This document shows positions 37,191 to 44,733 of a stretch of 64,000 nucleotides of DNA, in pieces. Source of the DNA: Blastocatellia bacterium. Its GTDB lineage: Bacteria; Acidobacteriota; Blastocatellia; RBC074. The position numbers and the translations under genes are program-made. Each line of letters opens with the position of its first letter. Position 1 is the stretch's first letter. The notes below the pieces were generated by a model, which saw only the letters and a program-made list of their open reading frames with translations, had not been told where the DNA came from and searched no databases. The stretch spans positions 7,084-71,083 of the forward strand of contig DATEMY010000594.1 of assembly GCA_035275345.1 (NCBI GenBank), read 5' to 3'.

Positions 37191-38819
37191 ATGAGTGATT
37201 GTTTTCTACATATACGGCGCGAAGCGGACGGCTTTGAAATAGCGGGCCCGGCGGCGGGTATGGCCGGTCACAAGATACAAAACTCGGGGAGAACTGTACC
37301 CGACGGTATCTTTGCGGAATGGGCCTGGGATGGCGGTCGTCTTCAGATCCGTAATGATAGATATGGCTTTCATCCAATATATTACTTCGCAAACCGTGAC
37401 GAGATAGCCGTTTCTACCTCGATTGTCCGTTTGTTGGAGGCCGGCGCGCCGCGCACGCTCGATGAAGCCGGATTGGCGGCATTCCTGAGACTCGGTTTTT
37501 TTCTGGGAGAAGACACTCCATTTCTGGCGATTCGCGCGTTGCCCCCATCTTCCGTACTGGAATGGCAAAACGGCGAGCTTGCGGTTTCAGGACAGATCAC
37601 GGTCATGAAGCCTTCTTCGCTCAGCCGCGGCGCCGCTATAGACGGTTACATATCGCTGTTCCGCGATGCGATACGACGGCGTCAACCATCCAATCCGAAT
37701 GTCGTCGTACCCCTGAGTGGAGGGCATGATTCCCGGCATATTCTGCTCGAATTATGTCGGCAGAACAGTCCCCCCGATTTTTGCGTGACGGCGCGAGCTT
37801 TCCCGACGATAGAAGTTTACAACGAGTTTGAGGTGGCTTCGGCGCTGTGTCGATCACTTGGTCTATCACATCTGACGCTTGACCAGCGCGGATCGATGGC
37901 GCAAGCGGAGCTCAACAAGAATTTGAGAACGGGCTTCTGTTCATTCGAGCATAATTGGTACCTGGTTGTCGCTGACCACTTGAATCGAACCGCCGGAGCG
38001 GTCTACGACGGCATCGGTGGCGATGTGCTTTCAGCAGGTCCATTCCTGTCGGAGAAGCGCGTCGATTTGTGCGAACGAGGACGCCTGAGGGAATTGTCTG
38101 ACGATCTTATTTCAGTCATCACCGACCAGCTAATTGAAAACTCGCTTTGTCCGGATCTGGCGCGCCGGCTCAATCCTGAGGTGGCCTTTGCGCGTTTTGA
38201 AACGGAGTTTCGAAAACACCTCGATGCGCCCGATCCCGTTAGCTCCTTCCATTTTTGGAACCGGACGCGGCGATCGATCTCGCTCTGTCCATACGGGTTG
38301 CTTCGAGATACGCGGGAGGTTTTCAGTCCATATCTGGATCACGAAGTTTTTGATTTGCTGGCGTCGCTGCCTGCCCGAATGTTTTTGGATCAGACCTTTC
38401 ATACCGAGACGATTCAGCGCGCCTATCCTGAATTCGCTCATTTTCCATTTTCGGAGCGAAAGGACCCGGGCGGGTCGTATCGAAAGCCTTATCGGCTTTA
38501 TGCGCTGGCCGCAATGCGCTATCTCCTCCGCGCGCGTTCGCATATCCTGCTTCGCGGCTCCTATTTCGTCCCGCGATTAATGCGCTGCCTGATAGATCGG
38601 AGCTATTTACCCGCCGCGGAATGGATCGGATCGTTCGCGCTGTTCCTCGCTCAATTGGAATCGATCATTGGCGTCTCAGCGCCGCCATCGGATCTACCTT
38701 CGTCGCCCGACGCGCCGGAACGAAGCAGGCAAGCAAGGCGACTAGCGCCAGCAGCAGCGCAATCACACCGAAAGTCGCCGGATCGGTGGCGCTCACGCCG
38801 AAGAGCAGATTCTTCATAG
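37191..38819 (+). CDS. Asparagine synthase-related (AsnB-like) PP-loop ATP-pyrophosphatase protein
   Basis: The PP-loop is VVVPLSGGHDSRHIL. The N-terminal Ntn-like domain lacks the Met-Cys start and begins MSDCFLH. The last ~50 codons overlap the convergent permease gene and look non-native. Confidence 0.75.
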   Translation: MSDCFLHIRREADGFEIAGPAAGMAGHKIQNSGRTVPDGIFAEWAWDGGRLQIRNDRYGFHPIYYFANRDEIAVSTSIVRLLEAGAPRTLDEAGLAAFLRLGFFLGEDTPFLAIRALPPSSVLEWQNGELAVSGQITVMKPSSLSRGAAIDGYISLFRDAIRRRQPSNPNVVVPLSGGHDSRHILLELCRQNSPPDFCVTARAFPTIEVYNEFEVASALCRSLGLSHLTLDQRGSMAQAELNKNLRTGFCSFEHNWYLVVADHLNRTAGAVYDGIGGDVLSAGPFLSEKRVDLCERGRLRELSDDLISVITDQLIENSLCPDLARRLNPEVAFARFETEFRKHLDAPDPVSSFHFWNRTRRSISLCPYGLLRDTREVFSPYLDHEVFDLLASLPARMFLDQTFHTETIQRAYPEFAHFPFSERKDPGGSYRKPYRLYALAAMRYLLRARSHILLRGSYFVPRLMRCLIDRSYLPAAEWIGSFALFLAQLESIIGVSAPPSDLPSSPDAPERSRQARRLAPAAAQSHRKSPDRWRSRRRADSS

Positions 38820-41289
38820 TCCTCGTCACTGCAACCGACGCAATCAGTCCAAGCCCCACGCCGGCCAACGCCAGCTTCATTCCCTGTCCAATCACCAATC
38901 TGAGCACATTGCCAGGCGAGGCGCCGAGCGCCATCCGAACGCCGATTTCGCGCGTGCGCTGAGCGACCGCGTATGACATCAATCCGTAAATCCCGATACT
39001 GGCGAGCGCAAGCGCTACGACGGCGAAGACGGTCAGCAAAAGCATGGAAAAACGCCGGGCAGCGACTGATTGCGCTAAGATCTGTTCCATCGTGCGCACA
39101 TTGAAGACGGCCTGATCTTTATTCAAGGCCGCAATCTGGGCGCGCACCGCCGAGGCCAGGCTCGACGGTTCGGTATCGGTGCGCGTCAGCAGATTGATGC
39201 GCCGGACGCTATTGGGCAGCGTCTGCAACGGAGTCTGATTGAAATTGGTGTAAAACTGGGCGACTGGCGATTGTCCCTCCAGGCTGTAAGGTTCGACGTG
39301 CCGGACGACGCCCACGATCTCTAAACTCGGCGAGTCGGTAGACTGCTTCAATCGCTTTCCGATCGGGTCTTCCTTGGGAAAGTGTCGCCGGGCGAGCGCT
39401 TCGTCAATGACGATCACCCTCCGGCTGTCTCGACTGTCCTCGGCGGTGAAGAGCCGGCCTTTTATCAACTCAATGCCCATCGCCCGGAAATAATCGGGAC
39501 TCACGGTATAGCGAATGCCAAAGCCCTTATTGTCGGGCTCCGTCCGTCCCTCAATTATGAAACCCGGGTGGTTCGCCCCCCCAAATGGAAGCCCGTTCGA
39601 CACAGCGACTGATTTAACGCCGGGCAGGTTGCGGACTTTCTGCTGCAACTGTTCGAAGAAGTTCGCCACCTGCTGACCATCAGGGTTATTGACGGTGACT
39701 TGCATCGTGAGCAGGTTCTGCGCTTTGAAGCCCGGATCAACCTGTAGCACGCGCCGAAAGCTCTGAATGAGCAAACCCGCGCTGACCAACAGCGTCAGCG
39801 TCAGGGCGACTTCACCGGCCACCAGCGCGCTGCGAAGCCGCTGGCGGGGCCCGGATGAACCCCGTTCTCCTTCCTTTAACCCTTCAATCAGATTCGGGCG
39901 TGAGGCTTGCAATGCCGGAGCCAGGCCGAATAGCAAACCGGTCAGGAGCGAGACGACGATCGTGAAGACCAACACCGGAGCGTCACCCCGGGCTTCATGC
40001 AGGCGCGGGATGCCCTCAGGCAAATGCCCGGCGATAAAACTCGTCCCCCAGAGCGAGAGTAGTATCCCCAGAGCGGCGCCCAACGTGGCCAACAGAGCGC
40101 TCTCGGTTAGCAGTTGACGTACTATCGTGGCGCGGCTGGCGCCGAGCGCCACACGCAACGCCATCTCCGAGGCGCGCCCGGACGCGCGCACGAGCAAGAG
40201 ATTGGCGACGTTGGCGCAGGCGATCAATAAAACCAGGCCGACCGAGCCCTGCAAAATCAACAGCGGCTGTCGCACGTCGCCGACAAAGCTTTCGTGCAGC
40301 GGCGTCAGGCGCGCGCGCCGTCCTTTGTTGCTCTGCGGATACTGTTGTTCCAGACGCGCGGCTATCATATTCAACTCCGTCTCCGCCTGCCGCTCCGACA
40401 CGTTCGGTTTCAAACGCGCCAGGACGTCGGTCCCCGGATCTGCGCCGCGCTGCTTGAAGCGTTCCGCCGAGAGACCGATGGGCACGGATACATCGGCTTC
40501 CGCCCCGAACCGGAAATCCGCCGGAGTAATCCCGATTACGGTGAAGCTTTGATTGTTAAGCGTGAGCTGTCGCCCAATGACGCCTGGATCCTCGCCGAAC
40601 CTGCGACGCCAGACTCCGTAACTCAGGATCACCGCCGGAGTGGCGTCCGGACGGTCTTCTTCAGCGCGAAAGTCGCGCCCAACGAGCGGCTTGATTCCCA
40701 GTGTGGAGAAGAACTCCGCCGAAACCAGCCGCCCCTCCAAGCGTTCCGGTTCGCCGCCGCCGGTGAAGTTGAAACTCTCGTTCTCGCGCACCGCCACCAT
40801 TGAATCGAAGAGCGTGTTCTGCGCGCGCCAATCGGCGAAGTTGGGATATGAGGGAGAGAAGCCCCCGGCGCCGTAATGCTCTTGCAAGATCACCAGGCGC
40901 TCGGGCTCTTTATATGGAAACGGGCGTAGGAGAACCGCATTGACAATGCTGAAGATCGCGGTGTTCGCGCCGATCCCCAGCGCCAACGTCAAGACAGCGA
41001 TCAAGGTGAAGCCGGGTCGTGTCCGCAGCGTTCGCGCGCCGTAGCGCAGGTCTCGCCACAACTCTTCGATCCATCGTACCCCGCGAGCGTCGCGGCTCCG
41101 CTCTTTCGCTTGTTCCATCCCGCCGAAACGCTTGAAGGCCTCGCGGCTGGCCTCCTCCGGACTCATCCCCAGGCGGATGTTCTGCTCGGTCTGTCGCTCG
41201 ATGTGGTAGCGCATCTCCTCGTCGAGTTCACGTTCGGCTTGCGGTCTGCGCAGCAACGCTCGCAGCGCAGTCTTCAATCTGCTCAGCAT
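38665..41289 (-). CDS. ADOP-family duplicated MacB/FtsX-type ABC permease (no adjacent ATPase)
   Basis: The characteristic N-terminus is LRALLRRPQAERELDEEMRYHIERQTEQNIRLGMSPEEASREAFKRFGGMEQAKERSRDARGVRWIEELWRDLRYGARTLRTRPGFTLIAVLTLALGIGANTAIFS. Two MacB_PCD/FtsX halves follow. The protein ends FVPARRATKVDPMAALRRQ. Confidence 0.9.
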   Translation of the reverse strand: MLSRLKTALRALLRRPQAERELDEEMRYHIERQTEQNIRLGMSPEEASREAFKRFGGMEQAKERSRDARGVRWIEELWRDLRYGARTLRTRPGFTLIAVLTLALGIGANTAIFSIVNAVLLRPFPYKEPERLVILQEHYGAGGFSPSYPNFADWRAQNTLFDSMVAVRENESFNFTGGGEPERLEGRLVSAEFFSTLGIKPLVGRDFRAEEDRPDATPAVILSYGVWRRRFGEDPGVIGRQLTLNNQSFTVIGITPADFRFGAEADVSVPIGLSAERFKQRGADPGTDVLARLKPNVSERQAETELNMIAARLEQQYPQSNKGRRARLTPLHESFVGDVRQPLLILQGSVGLVLLIACANVANLLLVRASGRASEMALRVALGASRATIVRQLLTESALLATLGAALGILLSLWGTSFIAGHLPEGIPRLHEARGDAPVLVFTIVVSLLTGLLFGLAPALQASRPNLIEGLKEGERGSSGPRQRLRSALVAGEVALTLTLLVSAGLLIQSFRRVLQVDPGFKAQNLLTMQVTVNNPDGQQVANFFEQLQQKVRNLPGVKSVAVSNGLPFGGANHPGFIIEGRTEPDNKGFGIRYTVSPDYFRAMGIELIKGRLFTAEDSRDSRRVIVIDEALARRHFPKEDPIGKRLKQSTDSPSLEIVGVVRHVEPYSLEGQSPVAQFYTNFNQTPLQTLPNSVRRINLLTRTDTEPSSLASAVRAQIAALNKDQAVFNVRTMEQILAQSVAARRFSMLLLTVFAVVALALASIGIYGLMSYAVAQRTREIGVRMALGASPGNVLRLVIGQGMKLALAGVGLGLIASVAVTRTMKNLLFGVSATDPATFGVIALLLALVALLACFVPARRATKVDPMAALRRQ

Positions 41290-41422
41290 TATGGATCACC
41301 TCTCGTTTTTCGATAGGGCAGAGGGTAAGGGCTGTCCAATCGGATGTCAATAGGAAGAGGTTGGTTATGTCTCGGCCTCAGAAGACAGGTCTGCGGTTGA
41401 CGGGAAGCCGATTTGCGACAAA

Positions 41423-41537
41423 CAGGAAAATGGCGGACAGGGAAATGGCAGACAGGAAAATACGGGAAAAGAAAACAAACAATGACATTCCATGTCTGTC
41501 TGCCATTTTCCTGTCTGTCAGTTTTCTGTCCGCCATT
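41423..41537. repeat. Imperfect long palindrome built from ~15-nt tandem units (GGAAAATGGCRGACAG)
   Basis: The left arm 41429-41461 pairs with the right arm 41505-41537. Across 33 positions there is 1 mismatch and 3 G-T pairs, and the loop is 43 nt. The element lies 40 nt downstream of the methyltransferase stop (41576) and upstream of the ADOP start. Confidence 0.7.
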
Positions 41538-41575
41538 AGCCGGAGGGCGGCTCCGCTCGAAGCAGACTGATTCTT

Positions 41576-42364
41576 TTACTTTGGTTTCCGCGCGCGGATA
41601 TGGAGGAAGTAGGCCACGACCTGCGCGTCTTGCATGTCTGGGCAGACTCGGACGGTTTCGTCGTTCGGTCGCGGCTCTTCGATGCGCTCAAGGCGAAAGC
41701 CAGTTTCGATCAGCAGATTCAGCCACTGGCTCACGGTTCGTGTGAAGCGGGGTGTCTTGAACTTCGGCAATCCCTGCTTCGCCTCCGGCGGCGCAGCTCC
41801 GAAGAGCTACTCTGAGATCTCTCCGCTGAGATTTCGGAAGTAGTCGCCGACCTCAATCGCATATGTCATGCGGTTTTCGTCGCGCAGATTTCTGCGATGG
41901 GGCGTATCGAAGCAGGGATGGGTGATGGAGAACTGCAGAAACCCACGGGGCTTCAGGACGCGATAAGCGTCGGCGAGCGCGCGGTCTGTTTCGGGAATGT
42001 CCATCAAGCTCATGAAGGCCGTGGCGAAGTCGAACGCCGCGTCGGCAAACGGCAGTTCCACGGCGCTGGCGACCCGATAGTCGATGCCCAATGGGTCTTG
42101 TTCCTCCAATTGTTTGGCATGCGCTATAAAATTCTCCGAAATGTCGATGGCTGTTACCAGGGCTCGACGTTGGGCCAGCAACCTTGTGTTGTGACCTTCT
42201 CCACAACCAATATCCAGACCTGAAAGTCCTGTCACGTCCGGCAGCATTGCGAAGAAGGCTGGTGTGTTGAGGTAGTCCCGATAGACGTCAAAACCGGCTC
42301 GCGACAGTTTCGTCCAGGCCTCAGCGTTGGCGTTCCAAAAACGCCCTACTTCTTCGTGATCCAT
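41576..42364 (-). pseudogene. Class I SAM-dependent methyltransferase interrupted by an in-frame TAG
   Basis: ORFs 41807-42364 and 41576-41770 are in the same frame (594 nt apart). The minus-strand reading is ...YFRNLSGEISE-TAG-LFGAAPPEAKQGLPKFKTPRFTRTVSQWLNLLIETGFRLERIEEPRP..., a continuous methyltransferase. Motif I is GLDIGCGEGHNTRLLA. The stop codon is at 41807-41809. Confidence 0.7.
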
Positions 42365-42555
42365 TTCAGTTCACCCTCTTCCTTCCAGATAGATTCTGTA
42401 TATAGACATTGGAACTTAGGAAAGAGTCAAGCGCCAATTTTTCTTGCAAGCCTTTGCGGTCATGCCCGTTCATGCAGCGCCACGATTAATATTCTGAATC
42501 CAAATACTGATCAACCGCTCGCTTTGCCGGGAAATTTATTATCGCGGAGGTTCCC

Positions 42556-44721
42556 ATGCCAGCCAGACCCGGCGCCCCATTGTTGTTGTTGGGATTTTTT
42601 CTTGCCGCGCTTTGCGCCGCGGCCACATTCCTCGACCGGCCAGCCGCTTCTGCGCAAGTCATTGCTGCGAAAGATAAAATTACGCAGGGGCAATTGCGGA
42701 TACTTGGCGCGCAAGGCAGGCCAGGCGGCCTATGCCCGCTAAAACATACCGACGTGAAGGCTGAAATCAGCGGCTTTCTTGCGCGCGTCACTCTCACGCA
42801 GGAGTTTTATAATCCGAAGGAGCAGGAGATCGAGGCGGTCTATCTTTTCCCCTTGCCGACGCGTTCCGCAGTGGATCAGTTGACGATGGATGTCGGCGGG
42901 CGGGTGATCCGCGGCGAGATCAAGCGTCGCGAGGAAGCGCAGTGGCTCTTTGCGCAAGCGCGCAAGGAAGGCCGCGTCGCCGCGCTCCTGGATCAGGAGC
43001 GACCGAATCTCTTCACCCAGTCGGTCACTAACATCCCGCCGGAGGCCGCCGTCAAAGTGACGATCAGTTATGTCGAGACGCTTACTTATGAAGACGGCGT
43101 CTATGAGTTCACGTTTCCAATGGTCGCGGGCTCACGCTACATCCCCGGCGATAAGAAGCCAGGCGCCGAGCCGGACAAGGGGAAACAGGCCACAGTGGGA
43201 ACCGATCAGGTCCCAGTCGCCGCGCGCATCACTCTGCAGCGCCTGCCCAAGGGGATGCGGCCAGGCCACGAAATCTCGCTCGAAGTCGTAATCGACAGCG
43301 GCGTCCCGTTGGAGCAGGTCAGGTCGGAATTGCACGAGATCGAAGTCGACCGCGACAGCCATCATCAAGCCGTCGTCAGGCTCAAAGAGAAGGCCGTGAT
43401 TCTCGACCGTGACTTTACTCTGCGGTTCGGAGTAGGCGGTTTGCAGATCGCCGACGCTGTGCTGGCTCATCGAGACGAAAGAGGCGGCTATTTCACGTTG
43501 ATGCTGCAACCGCCAACTCGCGTCGCGGCGGATGACGTCACTCCGAAGGAACTAGTTTTCGTCCTGGACACATCCGGATCAATGGAGGGATTGCCGATCG
43601 AGACGGCGAAGCGCGTGATTCGCCTCGCGCTCGATGGGTTATATGAACACGACACTTTCAACCTCATCACGTTCGCCGGAGATACTCACGTTCTGTTCGA
43701 TAAACCCGTCCTGGCGACCAGAGAGAATCTGCTGAAAGCGAAGGGGTTATTGGACGGGAAGCAGGGAAGCGGCGGAACCGAGATGATGAAAGCGATTCGC
43801 GCGGCGCTGGCCGATACCGACGCGCAAGATCACATCCGCATAGTCTGCTTCCTGACAGACGGAGATGTCGGCAATGACATGGAGATCATCAGCGAGGCGC
43901 AACGGCATCCGAAGGCCCGCGTCTTCTCGTTCGGGATCGGCAATTCGGTCAACCGTTTCCTGCTCGACAAATTGGCCGAACTGGGGCGCGGCGAAGCCGA
44001 ATATGTCTTTCTGAATCGCGGCGACCGGAAAGACGCGGAGGAGGCGGCCGCCGCCGCCAAACGGTTTTACGAACGAGTGCGCGCGCCGCTGTTGACCGAC
44101 ATCAGCGTGGATTGGAATGGGTTGCCGGTGGAGGACGTCTATCCCAAGCGGCTGCCCGATCTGTTCAGCGCCAAACCGCTCTTCATCACGGGTCGCTATA
44201 CGGGCGGCGCGAGCGGCGTCATACGGTTGCGCGGCCGAGCCGCCGGCGCCGATTCTTTACGCGAGATCAATGTCGACTTGCCGGAATCGGAAGAGCGCCA
44301 TGGCGCGCTGGCGTCGCTCTGGGCGCGCACTCGGATTGACAGTTTGATGGCGCAGGATTACAGGGGATTGCAAACCGGCAATGTGCGAAAGGATATTGAA
44401 GAGGAGATCACGCTACTCGGACTCGACTACCGTCTGATGACACAGTTCACTTCATTCATTGCCGTCGGTGAACCCGCAACCTCCACGAGTGGAGCGCCAG
44501 AACGAGTCGCCGTTCCCGTGGCCGCGCCGAATGGAACGGCAATGAATAGACCCCCTGGCATATATTCGACCGTGACCGTCACGGCCAGTTCTCCCACGCT
44601 CGATACCAGCAGCGTGGAGATCGCCGCAACGATTGAGGAACGGCGCCTGGACCAGTTGCCGCTGAATATGGGGCAGCCGACCGAATTGGCGAAGCTGACT
44701 CCGGGCGCGGCGCCTGCCTGA
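42556..44721 (+). CDS. Secreted VIT plus von Willebrand factor A (vWA) domain protein whose C-terminus is a TonB-receptor plug linker
   Basis: A GGAGG RBS precedes the start and the protein has a signal peptide. The VIT segment is LKHTDVKAEISGFLARVTLTQEFYNPKEQEIEAVYLFPLP...RGEIKRREEA. The vWA MIDAS motif is LVFVLDTSGSMEG. The tail STVTVTASSPTLDTSSVEIAATIEERRLDQLPLN resembles the receptor linker/plug entry. Confidence 0.85.
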   Translation: MPARPGAPLLLLGFFLAALCAAATFLDRPAASAQVIAAKDKITQGQLRILGAQGRPGGLCPLKHTDVKAEISGFLARVTLTQEFYNPKEQEIEAVYLFPLPTRSAVDQLTMDVGGRVIRGEIKRREEAQWLFAQARKEGRVAALLDQERPNLFTQSVTNIPPEAAVKVTISYVETLTYEDGVYEFTFPMVAGSRYIPGDKKPGAEPDKGKQATVGTDQVPVAARITLQRLPKGMRPGHEISLEVVIDSGVPLEQVRSELHEIEVDRDSHHQAVVRLKEKAVILDRDFTLRFGVGGLQIADAVLAHRDERGGYFTLMLQPPTRVAADDVTPKELVFVLDTSGSMEGLPIETAKRVIRLALDGLYEHDTFNLITFAGDTHVLFDKPVLATRENLLKAKGLLDGKQGSGGTEMMKAIRAALADTDAQDHIRIVCFLTDGDVGNDMEIISEAQRHPKARVFSFGIGNSVNRFLLDKLAELGRGEAEYVFLNRGDRKDAEEAAAAAKRFYERVRAPLLTDISVDWNGLPVEDVYPKRLPDLFSAKPLFITGRYTGGASGVIRLRGRAAGADSLREINVDLPESEERHGALASLWARTRIDSLMAQDYRGLQTGNVRKDIEEEITLLGLDYRLMTQFTSFIAVGEPATSTSGAPERVAVPVAAPNGTAMNRPPGIYSTVTVTASSPTLDTSSVEIAATIEERRLDQLPLNMGQPTELAKLTPGAAPA

Positions 44722-44733
44722 GCGGTCACGTCT

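Noticed and set aside
21510-38819. A search for an exosortase (EpsH/XrtA) gene to match the PEP-CTERM-locus-like gene order.
   Set aside because: The multi-TM ORFs present are better explained as a flippase (26204-27724) and a Wzy/O-antigen-ligase-like protein (27735-29198). I recognised no exosortase-like ORF, so no exosortase system is claimed.
44719-44721. Selenocysteine (TGA at 44719) or pyrrolysine/readthrough recoding (TAG at 41807) as an explanation for the two in-frame stops.
   Set aside because: TGA and TAG terminate other well-supported genes in this window (for example 16314-16316 TGA and 50582-50584 TAG). No SECIS-like hairpin follows the TGA. Neither position is a plausible catalytic Cys or Lys site. 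A nonsense mutation or sequencing error is more parsimonious.
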